This document shows, piece after piece, positions 38,701-47,412 of a stretch of DNA of 47,685 nt (positions are counted from its first letter, which is position 1; every line of letters begins with the position of its first letter). The DNA is taken from assembly GCA_964613165.1 (NCBI GenBank), contig CAZTHV010000001.1, forward strand, positions 1 to 47,685, written 5' to 3'. Source of the DNA: an uncultured Marmoricola sp. GTDB taxonomy: Bacteria; Actinomycetota; Actinomycetes; Propionibacteriales; Nocardioidaceae. The notes beneath the pieces were generated by a model. It was not told the origin of the DNA, searched no databases, and saw nothing but the letters and a program-made list of their open reading frames with translations. The position numbers were made by a program, and so were the translations under genes.

Positions 38701-41700
38701 GGGACGAACGACAACATCATCTCCGCGATCGAGTCGATGGAGTCGAACGACCTGGCCCGGCTGAATGTCAACATCGGCGCCGAGCACAAGGTCCGCAACT
38801 TCTACAACAACATCTACAACCCGGCCGACCCCCGGTTTAGCACGATCGACACCCACGCGGTGGCCGCCCTCTGGCTCCACCCGTACGGCGGAAGTGACGG
38901 ACCTGTGACGGATAACCTTGGCGCTGGCGCCTCGTCTGCTATCCTCGGAGTGTCCGGCACGTATGCGTTCGGCCAGGACGCGCACCAGCTCGCCGCCCAG
39001 GCGCGGGGGGTGCTCGCTCGTGAGATGCAGTCGATCACCTGGGAAGCAGTCCGAGGCCTGTTCACGAACAAGTCCAAACCGCAGAAGGAACTGATCAATG
39101 CTATCTGGCAAAAATTCTCATCCGGCGAACTCTCAATCGACGACGCCCGCGCCCAAGTCCTCGAAGCCGCAGGAGGGTTCAGCAACCCCACCTGGTATGT
39201 CGAAGGAGGAGCTGCACCAGCGCTTCCCGGAACTGTTGACGGGAACGCACCCGATCTTGGCCCAGATGGTAGCGAGGGGGGACTCTCTTACACGAGAGGA
39301 CTACCTGTTCACAATCTGGGCCGGCCAGGAGATGCCGGATCCGTATCCGGCGGAACTGGAAGCGATGCTGCCGAAGGCGTTTCAGAAGGACTGAAGCTCA
39401 CTGGGCTCCCCGACCAGGTGAACGTGCCGGGCGTCGGCATGATCGAAGCCGGGCCTTTTGCGGTAGCTCATGCTACCGCTCGCCGCGCTGCCGAGCGGAT
39501 CGGCGTGCCGTACCGCCCGATCCGCACGTACAAGAAGGTCGACAAGGCGCGGGCCGCGCGGATCGCGCAGGCCTACGCCGAGATGGATCACCGGCCGCAC
39601 GACCCCGTGGTCCAGGCAGCGTACGACGCGATGATCCGCGAGACGATCATCCAGTACGAGGAGATCCTCAAGACCGGCCTGGTGGTCGAGTTCTTCGACC
39701 CGGACGAGGGCGACCCGTACGCGGCGAGCCCGCGGCTGATGACCGAGGACGTGCGGAACAACAATCACATGTGGGTCTACCCGACCGACGCCGGGTTCGG
39801 TTCGAGCGAAGCCGACGTCAGCGGCAACCCGCTGGAGGCCGAGACCTCGTTCATGTTCGGCGACAAGCCCGCGAAGGTGAACGACATTTTCCGCGTCGTC
39901 CACGACTACTTCGGCCACGTCATGCACGGCACCGGGTTCCGTGCCGACGGCGGGGAGAATGCCTGGCGCTCGCACGCGGGGATGTACTCACCTCTCGCGG
40001 CGAAGGCCGCCACGTCGGAGACTCGCGGTCAGAATAGCTGGGTGAACTTCGGCCCGTTCGGCGACAAGAATCGCACCGCATCCGCGGGCGACACCACGTT
40101 CGCCGACCAGAAGACCGGCCTGCTGCCGGACTGGGTGATGGAGGAAGGCTGGGCCGATGACCCTGTCGAGTCGGTGGAGCCTGCCGGCGAAGCGTTGCAG
40201 CAGTCGGCACAAGGTACAGGAACTGCCGAGGCGTTTGTGCAGCAACTGGAAGCTATGGACTTCGACGGTGTCGAGGTGCGGGCCGATGTCATGCTCGGCT
40301 CTTCGGACCGAGTCGCCATTCAGTGGGTGGCCCGCAAGGAAGGCGCAGCGAAAGGTAAGGGCGCGGATGCGATGCGCCGGATTGCCGCGATGGCAGACGC
40401 AGCCGGAATCACGCTCGATCTCGCCGTGACGGAGAAGGCAGAGCGGGCGAAGCTCGTTCCCTTTTACAGGCAGTTCGGCTTCAAGAAGCTTGCCGAAGTC
40501 GGGGGTGACTATCGGATGGCTCGGCTACCGGCGACCACGCTCAACCAGAGCCCGGTGAAGCAGACCGAGACCCCCGAGTTCCGCAACTGGTTCGGCGACA
40601 GCAAGGTGGTCGACGAGGCCGGCGCGCCGCTGGTGGTGTATCACGGGACTAGGGAGAGCTTCGACGCCTTCGATCCGGAGAGGCAGGGGGAAAACGTCAA
40701 TTCGGAGGACACCGGATTCTTTTTCACTTCCTCGCAGGCCGAAGCATCGTCATACACGGATCCGGCTAACTTCGCGGAAGGCCCCGAGAGCGGCGGCAAC
40801 GTTATGCCCGTCTACCTCTCCTTGCTCAATCCGAAAGTGGTGAACATCGGCAGCACCGAACCTGCACTGTGGTACGACGCAAAAGGCCAGCAGGCAGTAG
40901 AAGAAGCGAAAGCCGCAGGACATGACGGATTGGTCGTCCAGACAACCGACGTGTGGAAAGGGGAAACCGCCCCCCACAACATGTTCGTCGCCTTCGAGCC
41001 GACCCAGATCAAGAGCGCCGTCGGCAACAGCGGCGCGTTCGATCCGGCGAACCCGAGCATCCTGGCTCAGGGTGAGCAGGACGCCCGTGGCGAGATCACC
41101 TTCGGCCGCGGCGTCGGTGTCGACGGCGGCACCGTCTCCCTGCTGCAGGGCGCGGACTTCTCGACCTTCGTCCACGAGCTGGGCCACTTCTACCTGGAGG
41201 TGCTGACCGACCTGTCGACGAAGACGAACGCGCCGCCGAAGGCACGCCAGGACATGGCGATCCTGATGGACTGGTTCGGCACCGACCTCGCGACCTGGCA
41301 AGGGATGTCGCTCGACGAGCGGCGCGAGCATCACGAGAAATTCGCGCGCGGGTTCGAGGCTTATTTGTTCGAGGGCAAGGCCCCGACGCCCGAGCTGCGC
41401 GGCGCCTTCTCGCGCATCCGCGCCTGGATGCTCGGCGTCTACAAGTCGCTGGCCGAGCTGAACGTCACGCTCACGCCCGAGGTGCGCGGCGTGTTCGACC
41501 GGATGCTCGCGACGAACGACAAGCTGCAGACCGCGGCCAAGGGCCAGGCCTACGCGCCGAAGTTCACGTCGGCCGCCGAGGCCGGCATGACGCCCGAGCA
41601 GTGGACCGAGTACCTCGCCGCCGGCCAGGACCAGACCCGGTCCGCGATCGAGGATCTCCAGGGCCGCCAGCTCCGCGACATGAAGTGGCAGGCGAACGCG

Positions 41701-44700
41701 CGGTCGATCACCTTGCGCAAGCTGCAGGCCGAGGCGAAAGAGAAGCGCGCTGCGGTCGAGGAAGAGGTCCGAGCCGAGATTCTCGCCAAGACCGTGAACC
41801 GCGTCCGCGCGTTCCTCGGCAAGGGTGAGCTGCTCGACGAGCCGCGCAACAACGCGCAGCGTGCCGCGCTCGACATGCTCGCCGGTCGGAAGACGAAGCT
41901 CGACGCCCAGGCGCTGAAGGACATGTACGGCGACGGGCAGTCACCGCGCCGGTACCTGCCGCCAAACTACATCGCGTCCGAGGACGGGATCCACCCGGAC
42001 ACGGTCGCCGCAGTCTTCGGCTACAGCTCCGGCGACGAGATGGTCCGCGCCATCCTCGCGGAGCCGCCTGCCGAGCAGGAGATCGAGGCCGAGACCGACG
42101 CTCGCATGCTGGAGCGGTACGGCGACATCAACAGCCCTGAGGCGCTGGACGCTGCCGTCAACGCGGCCCTGCAGAATGCTGCGCATCTGCGGTTCCTCGC
42201 GACCGAGCTGGCCGCCATGCACGACCTCACGAGCGGGCGCGTGCAGACCGGAACGACCACGGTCGCTCGCGGCAAGGCCAAGGGCCAGGAACGCGCGGTA
42301 ACGGTCAACGCGATCCTGCAGGCGGCCAAGCGGTACTCGGCCGCGATCATCGGCAAGACCCAGGTCCGCAAGCTGAAGCCGGCCAAGTACACCGCGTCGG
42401 CGAACCGCGCCGCGCGCAAGGCCCAGGAGCTGTGGGCCGCAGGCAAGCGGCAGGAGGCGGCCGACGCGCAGCGGGACCAGATCATCAACTCGCGCCTGGC
42501 GCGCGACGCCGCGCAGGCAGTTGAAGAGATGGCCGCTGTCGTAGCCAGGCTACGAAAGCTCGCATCGGATCCGTCCGAGTCGATCGACGTCGAGTACCGG
42601 GTGCAGATCTTGGCGCTGCTCGATCGGTTCAACTTCCGGCAGATGACGCAGAAGGAGTCGGAGCGGCTGGCGAAGCTCGGCGCCTGGCTCCAGGAGCAGG
42701 AGGCCCTCGGCCTGACGCCCGACATCTCGGACCGGATGGCGGACCAGGCGTTCCGCAAGGACTACGCGGACATGACGGTCGACGAGCTGCGCGAGCTGGA
42801 CGAGGCCGTCCGCTCGATCGAGCACCTCGGTCGCCTGAAGCACAAGCTCCTGACCGCGAAGGACGACCGCACGTTCGACCAGCGGGTCGCACTCGCGGTC
42901 GAGAGTATCCGCAAGTACGGCGGCAAGAAGCGCGCGAAGATCCACGAGAGCAAGACGAACGCGGTCAGCTCGTTCCTCGCCGAGCATCGCAAGTTCGCGT
43001 CGATCGTCCGCCAGATGGACGGCGGCAAGGACGGCGGCGCGATGTGGGAGCTGCTCATCCGCACGGTGAACGAAGCGGCCGACAGCGAAGCGGCGATGCG
43101 CGAGAAGTCGACCGAGGCCCTGGTCAAGATCCTCCAGCCGGTGCAGGACATGCCTGGCGGGATGCGGCAGAAGGTCTTCATCCCGGAGATCAACGACAGC
43201 CTCACGCGCGAGGCGCGGATCGCCGTCGCCCTGAACATGGGCAACGAGGGCAACCGCCAGCGGCTGCGCGACGGTCACGGCTGGAGCGACGCGCAGATAA
43301 CCGCGATCCTGAAAACGCTGACCGCCGAAGAGCTGGACGCGGTCCAGAAGATATGGGACCACGTCAACGAGTTCTGGCCGGCGATCGTCTCGAAGGCCCG
43401 CCGGCTCGGCGGCCTCGGCCCGGAGAAGGTGGAGGCCGATCCGTTCGATGTCGTGCTCGCTGACGGCACGGTGAAATCCATGCGCGGCGGCTACTACCCG
43501 GCGTCGGCGGACCCGATCCTGTCGAGCAAGGCGCAGTCGAATAGCGAGGCGGAAGATGCCAGGCTGATGATGCGCGGCGCCTACACCGCGTCGACCACGA
43601 AGCGCGGCCACGAGAAGGCTCGCGCCGAGAAGGCGACCCAGCCGCTGAAGCTGAGTATGGACCCGCTCTTCACGCACATCAACAACGTGACCCACGACCT
43701 CGCGTTCCACGAGTGGCTGATCGACGCATCGCGGCTCCTGCGCGACGGCAAGATCGACGCGGCGATGCGCGACCACTACTCGGTCGAGATCCTCCAGCAG
43801 CTCAAGGACGCGGTCAAGGACATCGCGGCCGGCGACACCGCGACCATGACGACCACCGACAGGTGGCTGATGACCGCGCGGAACAACGTCGCAGCGGCCA
43901 CGATGGGCTGGTCGCTCACGACCGCGCTGCTGCAGCCGTTCGGCCTGTCGCAGTCGGTGAGCCGTATCGGCCTGAAGTGGGTTCTGCGCGGGGTCGGCGA
44001 CTCGCTGTCGTCCGGCGCCCGAGTCGACAAGGTGATCGCCGAGATCGGAGAGAAGTCGACCTTTATGCGCCTGCGCGCGAAGACGATGAACCGGGAGATC
44101 GCTGAGCTACACGGCCGGGTGAAGAGTGGCCGCGGGGGCAAGGCCGGCAAGGTGCTCAATGGGTTCGACACGTCCAAGTTCATCCTGATGCAGAAGATGC
44201 AGTTGATCGCCGACGTGCCGACCTGGCTCGGCGCGCACGCGAAGGCAATCGCCGAGGGCAACGACGAGGCCCGCGCGGTGGCGCTCGCGGACCAGGCGGT
44301 GATCGACGCGCAGGGCTCTGGCATGACGAAGGATCTGGCGCGAGTGCAGCGCGGCGGCCCGGCGATGAAGGTGCTGACGATGTTCTACAGCTACTTCTCG
44401 ACGACGGCCAACCTGACCGCAGAGCGGGTCGCGAAGACGAAAGCGCATGTCGCCGAGGGCGAGTACGCGGCGGCGGTTGCTGGCGCGGCGGCGGATGCCA
44501 CCCTGCTGTACGCGATCCCTAGCATCCTGCCGGCGCTGGTCATCTCGGCGATGCGGGGGGAAGAGTGGCCGCCCAAGGAAGGCTGGTTCCTCTGGGGCCT
44601 GGAGCAGCTCGGCTCGTTCGCGCTCGGCACCTTGGTCGGGATCCGCGAGTTCGGCGGCATGATCCAAGGCTTCGACTACAGCGGCCCGGCGGCGTTCCGC

Positions 44701-44937
44701 CCGCTGGAGGACGTGGGCAAGGTCGCGAAGCAGGTCGCGAAGCAGGTCGCGAAGCAGGTCGGCCAGGGCCAGGGCGAGGTCGACGAGGGCCTGGTGACCG
44801 CGTTCGGTCGCCTGGTCGGCGACGTGCTGGGCCTGCCGGCGGTCCAGGTGATCCGGACGTACAAGGGCTGGAAGGCCTGGGTTGACGGTGATGCGCCGGT
44901 AACGGCCGTGCTGATGGGACCGCCACCTAAGCGGTGA
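35731..44937 (+). CDS. giant internal virion / polyvalent protein (3068 aa)
   Basis: Position of the large ejection protein; internal glycosylase-like, HDxxGH, GNAT-like, ART-PolyVal-like and HELGH zincin segments. Confidence 0.82.
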   Translation: MNEYDDLLNQQAEEDKRRAENAQAVAPSIVPAETPDVNEYDAVLDQEEQADSRVRASVGVGAQIDPDRAARIGQLADRYGVPFDVADRNQEQLERAYLVKSAADAAAGHPATQRALADVRVARVAQDDVPQLTAVEEVLAFGKRAAGAVVAAVPKANEGLWGVAQAGAETAGEFLPDSLAGPAQRAAAEFAKFRGQQAQVAKDLQGDMTGVGSGQQAVLGGITSAGQSLLMLPAAIATRNPNLVLAPLSAIQGGRSYGEARDKGRSVSQSLVYGTSQALIEAATEKLPVGRLVEDLAKHTGVVKMLSGQMLSEIPGEQVATLLQDLNEWAVINPEKTFGDYLSERPSAALNTLISTVVATGAVTGTTRGIQAVGDAVDAQARQKAEGERAKAVKEYVSELVKTSAASQTRERDPAAFRGFVEDAVEGGIETVFIDGAVMTEVLNQGGAEAQAILQSVPELAEQMENAAFGTDVEIQVADLATYFAGTGIADLLVDHVRVDPASPSAAEITVALQQKAAQIEQANQTSVEMQPEEQQEVWKKAQDTVAASVLADLTAARPDMPRDQAKVQAAMAANVFSVLASDIGTTPDVVYNDLYTLRVQNGQSASNRLLDMRADLKAAEGRGDAVAARRIRLQMDSIWPQVKTEQEKLKAGRAAADQRAASQSDTIPTLGPDGLPLVPVSPESPVAGEAGGAASPEAQPANAVRPVDQFEPETALVEPVETDSSAGGLNQALGARFPTSKAKDAVPGVDMPDPLLDTDGITLDHMRESPETFRKNAERLAGYSGMPPHEGVTDPEDLAELILEHLTDNLLWIYDSIPEHIRERSKLWYVGANRIANQMADRYGVEMRQVAAALAALSPQKDWYQNVSLAERVADIVKHHRDVAWNEKMDAAIATLVEGARKAPPPAGRKYTAEDRERNAERMAAALEPLKGKTFGQIREGGDANLAALYIRVFDKAYNDPSFRIITPEGAFGSWVTSEKTGKNIRIAWGTNDNIISAIESMESNDLARLNVNIGAEHKVRNFYNNIYNPADPRFSTIDTHAVAALWLHPYGGSDGPVTDNLGAGASSAILGVSGTYAFGQDAHQLAAQARGVLAREMQSITWEAVRGLFTNKSKPQKELINAIWQKFSSGELSIDDARAQVLEAAGGFSNPTWYVEGGAAPALPGTVDGNAPDLGPDGSEGGLSYTRGLPVHNLGRPGDAGSVSGGTGSDAAEGVSEGLKLTGLPDQVNVPGVGMIEAGPFAVAHATARRAAERIGVPYRPIRTYKKVDKARAARIAQAYAEMDHRPHDPVVQAAYDAMIRETIIQYEEILKTGLVVEFFDPDEGDPYAASPRLMTEDVRNNNHMWVYPTDAGFGSSEADVSGNPLEAETSFMFGDKPAKVNDIFRVVHDYFGHVMHGTGFRADGGENAWRSHAGMYSPLAAKAATSETRGQNSWVNFGPFGDKNRTASAGDTTFADQKTGLLPDWVMEEGWADDPVESVEPAGEALQQSAQGTGTAEAFVQQLEAMDFDGVEVRADVMLGSSDRVAIQWVARKEGAAKGKGADAMRRIAAMADAAGITLDLAVTEKAERAKLVPFYRQFGFKKLAEVGGDYRMARLPATTLNQSPVKQTETPEFRNWFGDSKVVDEAGAPLVVYHGTRESFDAFDPERQGENVNSEDTGFFFTSSQAEASSYTDPANFAEGPESGGNVMPVYLSLLNPKVVNIGSTEPALWYDAKGQQAVEEAKAAGHDGLVVQTTDVWKGETAPHNMFVAFEPTQIKSAVGNSGAFDPANPSILAQGEQDARGEITFGRGVGVDGGTVSLLQGADFSTFVHELGHFYLEVLTDLSTKTNAPPKARQDMAILMDWFGTDLATWQGMSLDERREHHEKFARGFEAYLFEGKAPTPELRGAFSRIRAWMLGVYKSLAELNVTLTPEVRGVFDRMLATNDKLQTAAKGQAYAPKFTSAAEAGMTPEQWTEYLAAGQDQTRSAIEDLQGRQLRDMKWQANARSITLRKLQAEAKEKRAAVEEEVRAEILAKTVNRVRAFLGKGELLDEPRNNAQRAALDMLAGRKTKLDAQALKDMYGDGQSPRRYLPPNYIASEDGIHPDTVAAVFGYSSGDEMVRAILAEPPAEQEIEAETDARMLERYGDINSPEALDAAVNAALQNAAHLRFLATELAAMHDLTSGRVQTGTTTVARGKAKGQERAVTVNAILQAAKRYSAAIIGKTQVRKLKPAKYTASANRAARKAQELWAAGKRQEAADAQRDQIINSRLARDAAQAVEEMAAVVARLRKLASDPSESIDVEYRVQILALLDRFNFRQMTQKESERLAKLGAWLQEQEALGLTPDISDRMADQAFRKDYADMTVDELRELDEAVRSIEHLGRLKHKLLTAKDDRTFDQRVALAVESIRKYGGKKRAKIHESKTNAVSSFLAEHRKFASIVRQMDGGKDGGAMWELLIRTVNEAADSEAAMREKSTEALVKILQPVQDMPGGMRQKVFIPEINDSLTREARIAVALNMGNEGNRQRLRDGHGWSDAQITAILKTLTAEELDAVQKIWDHVNEFWPAIVSKARRLGGLGPEKVEADPFDVVLADGTVKSMRGGYYPASADPILSSKAQSNSEAEDARLMMRGAYTASTTKRGHEKARAEKATQPLKLSMDPLFTHINNVTHDLAFHEWLIDASRLLRDGKIDAAMRDHYSVEILQQLKDAVKDIAAGDTATMTTTDRWLMTARNNVAAATMGWSLTTALLQPFGLSQSVSRIGLKWVLRGVGDSLSSGARVDKVIAEIGEKSTFMRLRAKTMNREIAELHGRVKSGRGGKAGKVLNGFDTSKFILMQKMQLIADVPTWLGAHAKAIAEGNDEARAVALADQAVIDAQGSGMTKDLARVQRGGPAMKVLTMFYSYFSTTANLTAERVAKTKAHVAEGEYAAAVAGAAADATLLYAIPSILPALVISAMRGEEWPPKEGWFLWGLEQLGSFALGTLVGIREFGGMIQGFDYSGPAAFRPLEDVGKVAKQVAKQVAKQVGQGQGEVDEGLVTAFGRLVGDVLGLPAVQVIRTYKGWKAWVDGDAPVTAVLMGPPPKR
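39197..39394 (+). CDS. probable overprinted small gene in an alternate frame of the giant gene (65 aa)
   Basis: G/C-ending codons shift to this frame while the main frame becomes a G/A/P/S linker with many A/T-ending codons. Confidence 0.55.
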   Translation: MSKEELHQRFPELLTGTHPILAQMVARGDSLTREDYLFTIWAGQEMPDPYPAELEAMLPKAFQKD

Positions 44938-44982
44938 TCGCCGGTAGCTCCTGCTACTATGGGGGTATAACCCCGTGAGCCT

Positions 44983-46122
44983 ATGACCATCCCCGCCACC
45001 CCCCGCATTGCCGGCCCTTTCACGGCCTCCGGATCCAGCCAGGATCTGGCGTTCGCGTTCCGCTGCAACGACCCCGCGGAGCTGGTCGTGCAGACGGTCG
45101 ACCCTGATGGCGCGGTCGCGACCCTGGTCCTGAACACCGACTACACCGTCGCCTTGAACGGCAACCAGGCGGTGAACCCCGGGGGTGAGGTCACGCTCAC
45201 GCAGACCGGTGTTGACATATACATCAAAGGCGCCACCTCGATCCAGCAGGCACTGGTGCTTGCGAGCCAGGGTGGCTTCTACCCGGCCGCGGTCGAGGCC
45301 GCGCTCGACAAGCTGACGATGGTTGCGCAGGAGCAGGACGAGAAGCTGGGCCGGGCGCTGCTCGTGCCACTCGGTGATACGGGCACGGGATTCGACATCA
45401 TCCAGGACGTCATCAATGCCGCCGCTGCCGCTGCCGAGTCGGAAGATGCCGCCGCCCAGGCGGCGCTCGCCGCCAGCGGCTTCGCCGGGTCTGCCTCGAA
45501 CAGCGCCGACGAGGCCGCTGCGAGTGCGCTGTCGATCAATCCGGCCGAGCTGATCCACCGGGACGGGTCGGTGGTAATGGCCGCTGATCTCGGCATGAAC
45601 GGTAACGACGTCGTCGGACTCCCGGCTGTCCCCGCGGCGACAGGCGCCGCCAGCAAGGAATATGCGGACCGCGCTCACCAGCGGTTCTGCGTCTACCGGA
45701 CGAGTAACCAGACTTTCACGTCGACAACGGTACCAGGCGGCGCAAAGCTGGAGATGAACGTAGTTGTCTCCCCCGGGTACGACCCGGACGGCATCGTGGA
45801 CCTGGGTTCCCCGTGGCGCGTAACGCCCACTGAGCCCGGGATCTGGCGGTTTGAAGCGGTGGTGTCCCTAGCCAATCCGGGGGGAGCTTCAGGCACGCCG
45901 GACCTGAGCGTGCACAAAAACGGTTCTTACTTCGCTTCCGGTTCCCGCCCTGGGGTGGTTGCGGCTGGTGAAGGTGTCCACCTACTTGTGAGCGTTGAAA
46001 CGTTCATGAACGGGACCACGGACTACGTGGAGCTATATGTCAGCTCGAACGCTGCGGGCACCAAGACGGTAACAGGGGCCTTCGCCTACTGCAGGTTCCA
46101 GGGCCGGTGGGTCGGTGCATGA
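44983..46122 (+). CDS. tail fibre / receptor-binding protein
   Basis: N-terminal anchor (AGPF...F.F...LVLNTDYTV, ALDKLTM..Q), Ala-rich shaft, C-terminal beta-sandwich (C1q/TNF-like NG.TDYVELY). Confidence 0.8.
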   Translation: MTIPATPRIAGPFTASGSSQDLAFAFRCNDPAELVVQTVDPDGAVATLVLNTDYTVALNGNQAVNPGGEVTLTQTGVDIYIKGATSIQQALVLASQGGFYPAAVEAALDKLTMVAQEQDEKLGRALLVPLGDTGTGFDIIQDVINAAAAAAESEDAAAQAALAASGFAGSASNSADEAAASALSINPAELIHRDGSVVMAADLGMNGNDVVGLPAVPAATGAASKEYADRAHQRFCVYRTSNQTFTSTTVPGGAKLEMNVVVSPGYDPDGIVDLGSPWRVTPTEPGIWRFEAVVSLANPGGASGTPDLSVHKNGSYFASGSRPGVVAAGEGVHLLVSVETFMNGTTDYVELYVSSNAAGTKTVTGAFAYCRFQGRWVGA

Positions 46123-46328
46123 TCGAAGCACTCGCCCCACTCATGACGCACGAGAACATCGCCATCGCGGTTCTCGCGATCGGCCTGACCGCGTGCGGCA
46201 GCATGCACCTGATCCAGCGCAAGGAAGACCGCGAGGACCGCAAGCAGATGCTTAAGGTGCTCGACCGAAACACGGAGGCCGTCAACGGCCTGAAACAACT
46301 CTTCGCCGCGATCAGCGGTCGATTCTGA
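46119..46328 (+). CDS. putative holin / single-TM lysis protein
   Basis: One TM segment plus coiled C-terminus, directly upstream of the endolysin. Confidence 0.5.
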   Translation: MIEALAPLMTHENIAIAVLAIGLTACGSMHLIQRKEDREDRKQMLKVLDRNTEAVNGLKQLFAAISGRF

Positions 46329-46338
46329 GGACTGCCCC

Positions 46339-46821
46339 GTGACCTTCGACGAAGCGTTCGACATCCTGATCGGCCACGAGGACGGCTACGTCAACAATCC
46401 TCATGACCCAGGCGGCGAGACGAACTGGGGCATCAGCAAGCGGTCGTACCCGAAGCTCGACATCAAGAGCCTCACGCGGTCCCAGGCGAAGGCGATCTAC
46501 CGTTCGGACTTCTGGGGCCCGCTGCCGAAGGGTGTCGATGGGCCCGTGATGTTCCAGCTCTTCGACCTGGCGGTGAACAGCGGCGTGAGACGCGCGACGC
46601 AGATCCTGCAGACTGTCGTCGACACCGTCCCCGACGGCGTGTGGGGGCCGGCCTCGCGCGCGGCCTACGCCAAGATGTCGCCCGAGACGGTAGCTCTAGC
46701 TCTCGTCGCCGAGCGCCTGATCTACATGACGTACCTGAATAACTGGTCCGACGCGAGTCGCGGCTGGTCCCGGCGGATCGCCGCCAACTTGAAAGTCCTC
46801 GCAAAGGAGCTGCAGCAATGA
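46339..46821 (+). CDS. endolysin, glycoside hydrolase family 108
   Basis: HEDGYVNNPHDPGGETNWGIS, FDLAVNSG, DGVWGP, GW.RR. Confidence 0.9.
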   Translation: MTFDEAFDILIGHEDGYVNNPHDPGGETNWGISKRSYPKLDIKSLTRSQAKAIYRSDFWGPLPKGVDGPVMFQLFDLAVNSGVRRATQILQTVVDTVPDGVWGPASRAAYAKMSPETVALALVAERLIYMTYLNNWSDASRGWSRRIAANLKVLAKELQQ

Positions 46822-47411
46822 AGACGTTCGTCCTCTCCCTGGTGGCCGCGGTGTTCGCCGGCCTCGAAGCGTTCGGCGTCCAGGTGCCGGCCGAGATCAA
46901 ACAGGTCGTGTCCGACAACACCAACCTGGTCATCGCCGGCCTGGCAGCGCTCATCGGCGCGTGGCCGCAGCTCGTCAAGCTGTTCAAGAGCGCGAAGGCG
47001 CCCGGCACCGAGGGCGGGTTCATCGATCGGCAGATGGTGTTCGCCATCGCTATCGCCACCACGGTCGCGCTGCTCTCGGGCTGCGCGTCGTTCGGCAGGG
47101 TCGAGGCACCCCTGTCGACCGACCAGCGCATCGCCGCTGTCCTCGTCGCGGCCACCGAGATCCGGGCCGGGTGCGCCGACTTCTACGAGCAGAATCGGCT
47201 TTCCATCCCCGATGCACTTGTCTGCCTGGAGGCGACCGACGTCGCGCGCAACGCCGTCGACATCGCCCGGCTCGCGAGTAAGAGGGGCGAAGCGAACGAC
47301 GTGCTCGAAAACCTGCAGAAGGCCGAGCAGATTATCCGAGCGTTGCAGCGGGGGCTCGCCGAAGCGGCGGCCACGCCAGTGCCTGCCCCGAACCCTGGTG
47401 TAGGAGGCTGA
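46818..47411 (+). CDS. membrane protein with internal lipobox (holin/spanin-like)
   Basis: Two N-terminal hydrophobic helices, then a third ending LLSGC. Confidence 0.55.
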   Translation: MKTFVLSLVAAVFAGLEAFGVQVPAEIKQVVSDNTNLVIAGLAALIGAWPQLVKLFKSAKAPGTEGGFIDRQMVFAIAIATTVALLSGCASFGRVEAPLSTDQRIAAVLVAATEIRAGCADFYEQNRLSIPDALVCLEATDVARNAVDIARLASKRGEANDVLENLQKAEQIIRALQRGLAEAAATPVPAPNPGVGG

Positions 47412-47412
47412 C

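Noticed and set aside
44983..46122. BPP-1-type diversity-generating retroelement
   Set aside because: No reverse transcriptase, avd or TR/VR repeat pair seen.
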